Below are positions 8,496 to 15,421 of a stretch of DNA of 32,000 bases, piece by piece. The notes beneath the pieces are model-generated. The model did no database searches. It worked only from the letters and a program-made list of their open reading frames with translations, and was not told the DNA's origin. The number at the start of each line of letters is the position of its first letter. Within the stretch, counting starts at the first letter, position 1. The position numbers and the translations under genes were made by a program. The stretch covers positions 88,480 through 120,479 of the forward strand of contig NZ_LNTB01000002.1 of assembly GCF_001462395.1 (NCBI RefSeq), read 5' to 3'. This DNA comes from Pyrodictium occultum. Its GTDB lineage: Archaea; Thermoproteota; Thermoprotei_A; Sulfolobales; Pyrodictiaceae.

Positions 8496-9182
8496 TTGTG
8501 TCATGTATCTGTACTAGAGTTCTTTATTGAATACGCGAGAGCAGAGGAGTTTAAGGGTAAAAAGGTATTAGAGGTTGGAAGTAGATATGTTAATGGAAGT
8601 GTGCGTCCGTTGATTGAGAAATATTTCCAACCTAAAGAATACATTGGAGTGGATATAGAGCCCGGTAAGTTTGTAGACCTGGTGTTGCCTGCTGAAAGGC
8701 TCCTAGAATACTTTGGCCCGGAATCTTTTGACGTGGTGATTAGTACGGAGTTGCTTGAGCACGTCGTTGATTGGAGGCTTGTAGTAAATAACATGAAGGG
8801 TGTGCTGAAACGTGGGGGATACATTTATATCACGACTAGATCTAGAAGTTTCCCTTATCATGCCTATCCTTACGATTTCTGGAGATATGAAATTGAGGAC
8901 ATGAAAAGGATCTTCGCTGATTTCAACATTATAAAATTAGAAAAGGATCATCAGGCTCCTGGGGTCTTTCTTAAGGCCAAGAAGCCAGAGAACTATGTAC
9001 CAGCTGACTTGTCGAACATAGCGCTTTACTCTATAATATTAGGGAGGAGAACAAGAGACATTCCAGATATTGGCGATGCTCCACTTATTAGGAGGCTTAT
9101 CCTTAGACTATTAAGTTCTAAGGCCAAGTGGCTACTGCCAGGAGGCTTATTACGTCTCATAGAAAAGAAAATCGTGGTTTAA
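8496..9182 (+). CDS. Class I SAM-dependent methyltransferase (Methyltransf_11-like)
   Basis: TTG start. Motif I is KVLEVGSRYVNGS, followed by YIGVDIEPG, FDVVISTELLEHVVDW and LKRGGYIYITTRS. It lies in the same frame as the upstream MTase, separated only by TAG 8454-8456. Confidence 0.8.
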   Translation: MCHVSVLEFFIEYARAEEFKGKKVLEVGSRYVNGSVRPLIEKYFQPKEYIGVDIEPGKFVDLVLPAERLLEYFGPESFDVVISTELLEHVVDWRLVVNNMKGVLKRGGYIYITTRSRSFPYHAYPYDFWRYEIEDMKRIFADFNIIKLEKDHQAPGVFLKAKKPENYVPADLSNIALYSIILGRRTRDIPDIGDAPLIRRLILRLLSSKAKWLLPGGLLRLIEKKIVV

Positions 9183-9344
9183 GTACTTAGTTCTTTATCA
9201 AAGAATCGTTGTTATATTAGGCTTATCCACAATATAAAATTTAATTTATTCAAGCTTCACAATTTATTTTATCTACCAGCAAGCTATCAAAACGCTAAAA
9301 TAGGAGAGTAGAATATTATCTAAGAACGTAAGTTAAAGATTAGT
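9183..9344 (+). promoter_or_regulatory. AT-rich intergenic region, probable promoter for the downstream plus-strand gene string
   Basis: 162 nt of very AT-rich non-coding DNA with several TATA-like runs (aatataaaatttaatttatt, gaatattatc), immediately upstream of the sulfotransferase start. Confidence 0.35.
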
Positions 9345-10009
9345 TTGGGTGCGAAGGAATTGAAGACAATAATTGTTCTGGGGATGGGTAGGTCTGGAAC
9401 CTCGATGGTAGCTGGGATTCTGCACATACTCGGGGTTAACATGGGCGAGAGGCTCCTCGGGGCCCACTGGTCCAACCCTCTAGGCCACTTCGAGGACCTT
9501 GACTTCGTCGAGTTGAACGAGGAGATCCTGAGGGCGGCCGGTGGGAGCTGGGACAACCCCCCGGCCCGGGAGGCGATCCTGGCGGTCGCCCCACGCTTCT
9601 ACGATAGGATAAGGCCGCTCGCGGAGGAGGAGAGGAGGAGGCACGAGGTGTGGGGCTGGAAGGATCCCAGGACCTCCCTCACCGTGGAGCTGTACCTCCC
9701 CCACCTCGAGAACCCCTACTTCATAGTGTGCCACCGCGACTGGGAGGCTATAGCGCGCTCCCTCAAGAGGAGGGATGGGATGAGCATAGAGAGGGGGTCT
9801 GGCTGGCCAGGGTGTGCTATGAGAGGGTTGAGGAGTTCTTCAGGGAGCACCCGGGCCTCAGAAGACTGGACGTTCGCTACGAGGACTTCATAGCCGGCCC
9901 GGAGGCTCACGTCAGGAGGATAGCCTCGTCCATAGGCCTGGAGCCCGGTGAGGAGAGGATCAGGAGGGCCACTGCCTTCGTGCTCTCCCCGGGGAGAGGG
10001 AGAGGCTAG
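9345..10009 (+). pseudogene. PAPS-dependent sulfotransferase family protein, frameshifted in a G5 tract (9793-9797)
   Basis: The 5'-PSB-like loop is IIVLGMGRSGTS and the 3'-PB-like region is WKDPRTSLTVE. ORF 9345..9893 reads ...RRDGMSIERG. The homologous continuation VWLARVCYERVEEFFREHPGLRRLDVRYEDFIAGPEAHVRRIASSIGL is in the frame of ORF 9650..10009. Adding one G to the G5 run restores a single ~221-aa ORF. An alternative start is TTG 9360 (MKTIIVLG). Confidence 0.75.
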
Positions 10010-10133
10010 TCAGGAGGATGAGGAGGGAGGAGATGGCCCGAAGGATCGTCAGGGGCTTGACGAACCCGAGGAAGGCGCTCAGGTACATTATGGGGAGGCT
10101 CCTGGGGAGAAGGTAGCCGGCTCACGGCCCCCG

Positions 10134-10139
10134 TTTATA
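10134..10139 (+). promoter_or_regulatory. Possible TATA box upstream of rmlA
   Basis: tttata in an otherwise GC-rich spacer, about 40 nt upstream of TTG 10177. Confidence 0.3.
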
Positions 10140-10176
10140 CCCTGCCCGCCGCCCTGCCTCCCCCGGGGGCTCAGCG

Positions 10177-11253
10177 TTGGGCGGCGGCGTTAGGGGCCTG
10201 GTTCTTGCGGGCGGCGAGGGCACGCGGCTTAGGCCGCTGACCCTCGCCATGCCTAAGCATTTGGTGCCCCTGCTGGGTAGGGCTATGATTGAGTACCCCA
10301 TCGGGCACCTGGTGGAGGCTGGGGTTAGGGATGTTGGTGTTGTGGTCGGCTACCTGGGCCACTTGATCACGGGCTACCTGGGTGATGGGTCTAGGTATGG
10401 GGCCAGGTTCACGTACATAAGGCAGGGGGAGAGGCTTGGGATAGCGCACGCTATACACCTGGCCGTCGAGGAGGGCTTCGTGGATGGGCCCTTCGTTGTC
10501 TACCTTGGTGACAACATACTCGCCGGGGGGGTACGGGGGTTCCTGGAGAGGTTCCTGGAGGAGGAGCCGGACGTGCTCATACTCCTCTCCAGGGTCAGGG
10601 ATCCCGGGAGGTTCGGCGTCGCGGTCGTCAGGGACGGCAGGGTCGTGCGGCTGGTGGAGAAGCCGAGGGAGCCCCCCTCAAACCTCGCCCTGATAGGGGT
10701 CTACTTCTTCAGGGACCCCGACCTGGTGGAGAGGGCCTTCACGGCCCTCAAGCCTTCGTGGAGGGGTGAGTACGAGGTCACGGACCTGATACAGTGGTTC
10801 ATAGACAACGGGTACAGGGTCGACTACGACGTAGTAAACGGCTGGTGGAAGGACGTCGGGACCCCCGAGGGGCTCCTCGAGGCGATATACCTCCTCCTGG
10901 ACGAGTCCAAGCCCAGGATTGACGGGGAGGTCGCGGGGGAGGTCGTGGGGAGGGTTATAGTGGAGGAGGGCGCCGTAGTCGAGGGGAGGGTCTACGGGCC
11001 GGCCTACATAGGCCGGGGGGCCCGCATAGGCGGGGAGGCTGCGGTCGAGCACTACGTGTCCATAGAGAGCGGGTCCAGGGTGCTCTCGGGCTCCATATCG
11101 AGGTCGCTCATAATGAGCGACAGCGTCATAGACGTCAAAAGGCTTAGGCTCGTTGACAGCGTTGTGGGCCAGGGCTCCATCGTGAGGGCCTCCAGGGAGA
11201 TACACGGGGAGATCAGGCTGGCGATATCGAATTACAGCCGGGTCGAGATATAG
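10177..11253 (+). CDS. rmlA: Glucose-1-phosphate thymidylyltransferase-type sugar nucleotidyltransferase (long archaeal form with a C-terminal left-handed beta-helix)
   Basis: It has the GGEGTRLRPLT motif, then PKHLVPL and LGIAHAI. The C-terminus has hexapeptide-repeat character (VIVEEGAVVEGRVYGPAYIGRGARIGGEAAV...). It is clustered with rmlD and rmlC. Confidence 0.8.
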   Translation: MGGGVRGLVLAGGEGTRLRPLTLAMPKHLVPLLGRAMIEYPIGHLVEAGVRDVGVVVGYLGHLITGYLGDGSRYGARFTYIRQGERLGIAHAIHLAVEEGFVDGPFVVYLGDNILAGGVRGFLERFLEEEPDVLILLSRVRDPGRFGVAVVRDGRVVRLVEKPREPPSNLALIGVYFFRDPDLVERAFTALKPSWRGEYEVTDLIQWFIDNGYRVDYDVVNGWWKDVGTPEGLLEAIYLLLDESKPRIDGEVAGEVVGRVIVEEGAVVEGRVYGPAYIGRGARIGGEAAVEHYVSIESGSRVLSGSISRSLIMSDSVIDVKRLRLVDSVVGQGSIVRASREIHGEIRLAISNYSRVEI

Positions 11254-11268
11254 CGCCGATACTGGAGT

Positions 11269-12306
11269 ATGCGCGGTGACGTCGGCTGGAGGGGTGGCTT
11301 GGTGAGGGTCCTAATCACGGGTTGCGCGGGCTACATAGGCACAACGCTCACCCCATACCTCCTCAGGAGGGGCTACGAGGTCAGATGCGTCGACAAGCTA
11401 ATCTTTGGGAGGGATGTCGTAGAGCACGTGCTAGGTGAGAGGGGGTTCGAGCTTGTAGAGGCCGACGTGAGGAGCGTAGACCCCCAGGTTCTCAGCGGGG
11501 TCGACTGCGTGGTGGACATGGCCGCCATACCTAACGACCCCGCGGGGGACCTCAACCCCGAGCTCACGCTCTCCATAAACTACAGGGGCAGGGCTAGGAT
11601 GGCATCCATGGCGAGGGAGAGGGGGGTCCCCTGCTATGTCCTATTCTCCAGCTGCAGCGTCTACGGGAGGCAGGAGGGGCCCGTCGACGAGGCCGCGGAG
11701 CCCAGGCCGCTGACAGTCTACGCCAGGGCCAACCTCCTAGCGGAGAGGGCCGTTCTCCCCCTCGCCAGCGAAGGGTTCACCCCCGTGGCCCTCAGGCTAG
11801 CTACAGTCTACGGGCCATCGAGGAGGATGAGGTTCGACCTCGTAGTCAACGCTATGACCCTCTCAGCCTACCGGGAGGGGAGGATATACGTCGAGGGCGA
11901 CGGGATGCAGGAGAGACCCCTAGTACACGTCCTAGACGTGGCTAGGGCCGTGGAGAGGGTGCTGGAGGCCGTGGAGAGGGACCCAGACCCCCTCAAGGGC
12001 CAGGTAATCAACATCGGCTCGGACGAGCAGAACTACAGGATAATCGAGATAGCTAGGATAGTGCGCGGGATAGTCGGGGGCGAGATAGTCTTCCGGGGCG
12101 AGGTTGACAGGAGGAGTTACAGGGTCAAGTTCGGGAGGGCTAGGAGGCTACTCGGCTTCCAGCCACTCTACACAGTGGAGGATGGAGTCAAGCAGGTATA
12201 CCACGAGCTCCTCACGGGGAAGCTGAAGCCCGAGCCCCGCTGGATAACGGTTCAGTGGTATAGGGAGCTACTCTCCAGGAACCCGGAGGTGCTGCTAAAG
12301 TGGTAG
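11269..12306 (+). CDS. Extended-SDR NAD-dependent epimerase/dehydratase with Y-x3-N in place of the catalytic Y-x3-K
   Basis: It has VLITGCAGYIGTTL (GxxGxxG) and SSCSVYG, but the active-site segment reads YARANLLAE (AAC Asn where Lys is expected). The likely true start is TTG/GTG at 11299/11302 (MRVLITG). It occupies the position where rmlB is often found, but lacks the RmlB hallmarks I know. Confidence 0.7.
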   Translation: MRGDVGWRGGLVRVLITGCAGYIGTTLTPYLLRRGYEVRCVDKLIFGRDVVEHVLGERGFELVEADVRSVDPQVLSGVDCVVDMAAIPNDPAGDLNPELTLSINYRGRARMASMARERGVPCYVLFSSCSVYGRQEGPVDEAAEPRPLTVYARANLLAERAVLPLASEGFTPVALRLATVYGPSRRMRFDLVVNAMTLSAYREGRIYVEGDGMQERPLVHVLDVARAVERVLEAVERDPDPLKGQVINIGSDEQNYRIIEIARIVRGIVGGEIVFRGEVDRRSYRVKFGRARRLLGFQPLYTVEDGVKQVYHELLTGKLKPEPRWITVQWYRELLSRNPEVLLKW

Positions 12307-13193
12307 CCCTGGTCACGGGGGTCAGCTCCTCCCCGGGCTACAAGGCCGCCCTCTCCCTCGCCCGCAGGGGGGTCGAGGTGGTCGGAGTCTATAACCAGCA
12401 TCCCGTCAGAGTTAAGGGTGTGGAGACCATTAGGAGGGACCTCACCCGGGACGCCCGCGGGCTCGTGAGGGAGTACAAGCCCGACGCCGTGGTGCACACC
12501 GCCGCTATGGGAAACGTCGACCTCTGCGAGGAGGATAGAAGCGCCTGCTACAGGGTGAACGTTGAGGCGACTAGGGAGCTCCTCAGGGAGGCCTACAGGC
12601 TCGGAGCCAGGATAGTCTACCTCTCGACGGACTACGTCTTCGACGGGGCGAGGGGGCTCTACAGGGAGGAAGACACGCCCTCCCCCGTCAACTTCTACGG
12701 GCTCACCAAGCTCCTAGGAGAGGAGGCGGCGCTAGCCCTCGGGGGCGTAGTGGCCAGGACCTCAGCGGTCTACGGCGTGGGCCCGGGGAGGCCCAACTTC
12801 GGCAAGGTTGTGGTCGAGAAGCTCATGCGAGGAGAGCGGGTGAGAGCCTTCACAGACCAGTGGCTCTCCCCCACGCTCAACACCCTCCTAGGCGAGGCCC
12901 TCGCAATGCTGGCGGTCGAAGCCGACTACGAGGGGATACTACACGTGGCCGGCCCCCGGATGAGCAGGTACGACTTCGCCGTCGCAGTAGCCAGAGCCTT
13001 CGGCCTAGACGAGGGGCTCATAGAGCCCGCCTCGATGGATAGCGTGGACTTCAAGGCTCCAAGGCCCAGGGATAGCAGCCTTGACTCCTCCAAGGCCTCA
13101 AGAATGCTGGGGCTAAGGCTCAACGACCTAGGCCACGCGCTCAGCCTATTCAAGAGAGAGCTTCGCGGCGAGACGGGCCAGCCCCCAACTTAA
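12300..13193 (+). CDS. rmlD: dTDP-4-dehydrorhamnose reductase
   Basis: STDYVFDG, YGLTKLLGE (YxxxK) and an N-terminal Rossmann fold (VALVTGVSSSPG). GTG start at 12300 overlaps the upstream TAG (12304-12306). Confidence 0.85.
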   Translation: MVALVTGVSSSPGYKAALSLARRGVEVVGVYNQHPVRVKGVETIRRDLTRDARGLVREYKPDAVVHTAAMGNVDLCEEDRSACYRVNVEATRELLREAYRLGARIVYLSTDYVFDGARGLYREEDTPSPVNFYGLTKLLGEEAALALGGVVARTSAVYGVGPGRPNFGKVVVEKLMRGERVRAFTDQWLSPTLNTLLGEALAMLAVEADYEGILHVAGPRMSRYDFAVAVARAFGLDEGLIEPASMDSVDFKAPRPRDSSLDSSKASRMLGLRLNDLGHALSLFKRELRGETGQPPT

Positions 13194-13220
13194 ATCCTCC
13201 GGGAACCCCGAGCCGTTCTG

Positions 13221-13802
13221 GTGGTGTATGCCTTGCCGTTCAAGTCCTTCAAGCGGCTCGGGATCCCCGACGTGGTACTGGTCGAGCCCGTGGTCTTCCC
13301 CGATGAGAGGGGCTTCTTCGCGGAGCTCTACAAGAGGACCCCATTCCTCTCCGAGGGGATCCCCTACGACTTCGTCCAGGTGAACCTGAGCAAGTCGAGG
13401 AGGGGCGTCGTCAGGGGGCTGCACTACCAGCTCAGGCCGATGGAGCAGGGTAAGCTGGTCACGGTCCTCCGGGGCAGGATCCTGGACGTTGCAGTGGATA
13501 TCAGGAGGGGGAGCCCGTGGTATGGGAGGTACGTGGCTGTCGAGCTGGCCGCCAACGAGCCCAGGCTGCTCTGGGTGCCCCCAGGCTTCGCCCACGGGTT
13601 CCAGGCGCTCGAGGACGACACCCTGGTACTATACCTGGTGACCAAGGAGTACAGCCCCGAGCACGAGCGCTGCATCAAGTGGGACGATCCGGACATAGGC
13701 GTGGACTGGCCCATAAAGGAGGGCGTCCTGCTCAGCGAGAAGGACCAGAGGTGCCCGCCGCTGCGCGGGGCGGAGACGAACTTCGAGTACCCCGGGGGCT
13801 AG
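13221..13802 (+). CDS. rmlC: dTDP-4-dehydrorhamnose 3,5-epimerase
   Basis: FPDERGFFAELY, RGLHYQ, GKLVTVLRGRILDVAVDIRRGSPWYG, WVPPGFAHGF and KWDDPDIGVDWP. Confidence 0.9.
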   Translation: MVYALPFKSFKRLGIPDVVLVEPVVFPDERGFFAELYKRTPFLSEGIPYDFVQVNLSKSRRGVVRGLHYQLRPMEQGKLVTVLRGRILDVAVDIRRGSPWYGRYVAVELAANEPRLLWVPPGFAHGFQALEDDTLVLYLVTKEYSPEHERCIKWDDPDIGVDWPIKEGVLLSEKDQRCPPLRGAETNFEYPGG

Positions 13803-13933
13803 TGCCCCCGGACAGCGGTCTTGCCGCGGCTGTTGCTGCCGGCGTTGCTGTGCGGCTTCCCTTGCTGCTACCGCTGCTGCCCTGCGGGGGCTGTCCGGCG
13901 GGGGTGGTGGCGTTCTCGTGGCCCCGGGGCGTC

Positions 13934-13954
13934 TTTAATGATATTTAATTAATG
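13934..13954 (+). promoter_or_regulatory. AT-rich island (TATA/BRE candidate) for the RHH-sat-NPP transcription unit
   Basis: tttaatgatatttaattaatg is a conspicuous 21-nt A+T block in ~67 % GC DNA, 35-55 nt upstream of the RHH start at 13989. Confidence 0.5.
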
Positions 13955-13988
13955 CCTCGTCCTCCCCGGGGCTGCGGGGTTTGGGGTC

Positions 13989-14234
13989 TTGGCCTCCGGC
14001 GGCTCTGGCGGCAGGAGGGGGAGGTACACTACTGTCTCTATACCGGTCTCCCTCTACGAGCGGATCCAGAGGCTTATCGAGGGGACGGGGTTCACCAGTG
14101 TGTCCCAGTTTGTGACGTATGTGCTGCGGGAGGTTGTGGCGGAGATGGAGGAGGAGAGGCTGAGGAGCGGGGAGGTTGGTGAGGAGGAGAAGAAGGCTAT
14201 TCTCGAGAGGCTTCGGAGGCTTGGCTACCTGTAG
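13989..14234 (+). CDS. Ribbon-helix-helix (CopG/Arc/MetJ-type) DNA-binding protein
   Basis: The beta-strand plus two helices read TTVSIPVSLYERIQRLIEGTGFTSVSQFVTYVLREVV. The tail is acidic and ends ...ILERLRRLGYL. TTG start; the exact start is uncertain because there is no in-frame ATG. Confidence 0.7.
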   Translation: MASGGSGGRRGRYTTVSIPVSLYERIQRLIEGTGFTSVSQFVTYVLREVVAEMEEERLRSGEVGEEEKKAILERLRRLGYL

Positions 14235-14242
14235 CCCTCCTA

Positions 14243-15421
14243 TTGGCGGGGTGGTGTGGTGTGGTCTCGCGTCCTCATGGGGGTAGGCTTGTGGACAGGG
14301 TTGCCCGGGGTGGGTCGAGGGAGAGGCTGCTGCGGGAGGCTCTGGAGATGCCCAGGCTGGAGGTTGGCGGGGGCTTGGCTGCGGATGCCGCTAATATCGC
14401 GCATGGGGTTTATAGCCCGTTGGATGGCTTCATGGTGCAGGAGGATTACCTCTCGGTGCTGCATGATATGAGGCTTAGCAGTGATGTGCCGTGGACTATC
14501 CCGATTGTGCTTGATGCTTCTCCGGGCGAGCTGGCGGGGGTTAGGGAGGGTGATGAGGTTGCCCTCTTCTACCGTGGTGAGCCGCTGGCGGTGCTCCGGG
14601 TTGAGGAGATCTATGGCTGGGACCGGAGGGAGCATGCCCTCAACGTGTTTAAGACCACTGACCCGGGGCACCCGGGCGTTGCCAGGCTTATGAGGAGGAA
14701 GGAGCTGTTCGTGGGCGGGCCTATCCTCCTCCTCCGGGACCCGCCGGAGCCTTTTGAGAGGGTGAGGCTCTGGCCCCGGGAGACGCGTGTGCTCTTCGAG
14801 GCCAAGGGCTGGAGGACTATAGCGGCTTTCCAGACGCGCAACGTGCCCCATCTAGGCCACGAGCATGTGCAGAAGGCCGCGCTCACCTTCGCCGACGGGC
14901 TGTTTGTGAGCCCTCTGGTGGGCTGGAAGAAGCCCGGCGACTACAGGGACGAGGTGATAGTTGAGGCCTACAGGGTGTTGCTGGAGAACTACTTCCCCAG
15001 GGAGAGTGTTGTATTCAGCGTGCTCAGGATGGAGATGAGGTACGCGGGGCCGCGGGAGGCGGTGCACCACGCGATAGTGAGGAAGAACTTCGGCGCAACC
15101 CACTTCATAGTGGGGAGGGACCACGCGGGGGTCGGGAGCTACTACGGCCCCTACGAGGCATGGGAGCTGTTCAGGGAGTTCCCGGACCTAGGGATAACCC
15201 CCCTCTTCGTCAGGGAGGCGTTCTACTGCAGAAAGTGCGGCCAGGTGGTCAACGAGAAGATATGCCCCCACGGCGAGGAGTACAGGGTGAGGATCAGCGG
15301 CACCAGGCTGCGGGAGATGCTCCGGAGGGGCGAGAGGCCGCCGGAGTACATGATGAGGCCGGAGGTGGCGGAGGTGGTCCTAAGGCACCCGGACCCCTTC
15401 GTGCCCGGGGACGAGAGGTGA
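14243..15421 (+). CDS. sat: Sulfate adenylyltransferase (ATP sulfurylase)
   Basis: PHGGRLVDR, FQTRNVPHLGHEH (the QTRNP-H-x-x-H motif) and HFIVGRDHAGVG..YYGPYEA. The likely true start is GTG 14261 (MVSRPHGG). Confidence 0.9.
   Translation: MAGWCGVVSRPHGGRLVDRVARGGSRERLLREALEMPRLEVGGGLAADAANIAHGVYSPLDGFMVQEDYLSVLHDMRLSSDVPWTIPIVLDASPGELAGVREGDEVALFYRGEPLAVLRVEEIYGWDRREHALNVFKTTDPGHPGVARLMRRKELFVGGPILLLRDPPEPFERVRLWPRETRVLFEAKGWRTIAAFQTRNVPHLGHEHVQKAALTFADGLFVSPLVGWKKPGDYRDEVIVEAYRVLLENYFPRESVVFSVLRMEMRYAGPREAVHHAIVRKNFGATHFIVGRDHAGVGSYYGPYEAWELFREFPDLGITPLFVREAFYCRKCGQVVNEKICPHGEEYRVRISGTRLREMLRRGERPPEYMMRPEVAEVVLRHPDPFVPGDER

Larger units (their letters stand above)
1..9400. other. Low-GC mosaic island (glycosyltransferase/methyltransferase cassette) abutting high-GC DNA
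   Basis: By eye, A+T-rich codons and intergenic DNA run through 1-9400, with an intermediate-GC patch at ~2590-3400 and an intermediate-GC gene at 3727-4677. From ~9400 onward G+C is about two-thirds; one 121-nt stretch I counted at 12300-12420 gave ~67 %. The switch occurs within the first ~90 nt of the sulfotransferase ORF. Confidence 0.8.

Noticed and set aside
9948-10193. ORF 9948..10193 and a 32-aa Arg-rich ORF (10018..10116, MRREEMARRIVRGLTNPRKALRYIMGRLLGRR) in the sulfotransferase-rmlA spacer.
   Set aside because: There is no SD and no recognisable fold. The 81-aa ORF overlaps the sulfotransferase end and the rmlA start. The short basic ORF could be a gene relic, but I cannot support it from the sequence alone.
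10678-11205. Long antisense or alternative-frame ORFs throughout the GC-rich half. Examples: 10678..11205 -, 13146..13595 -, 14240..14851 -, 15717..16745 +, 17870..18676 -, 20544..20951 -, 23585..24404 +, 25865..26296 -, 27840..28418 -.
   Set aside because: They overlap genes that carry clear family motifs. Their translations are Arg/Pro/Gly-rich low-complexity strings typical of stop-poor GC-rich DNA. No motifs, no SD and no sensible starts.
15160-15417. The ORF-track 5' extension of the NPP gene, which would overlap sat by ~260 nt.
   Set aside because: The extension translates to Gly/Arg/Pro-rich nonsense inside the well-supported sat frame. NPP-family proteins start close to the LxGLDx motif, which fits GTG 15418 or 15436. 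The same logic applies to 24958 (oxidoreductase), 26196 (flippase) and 29188 (CDGSH).
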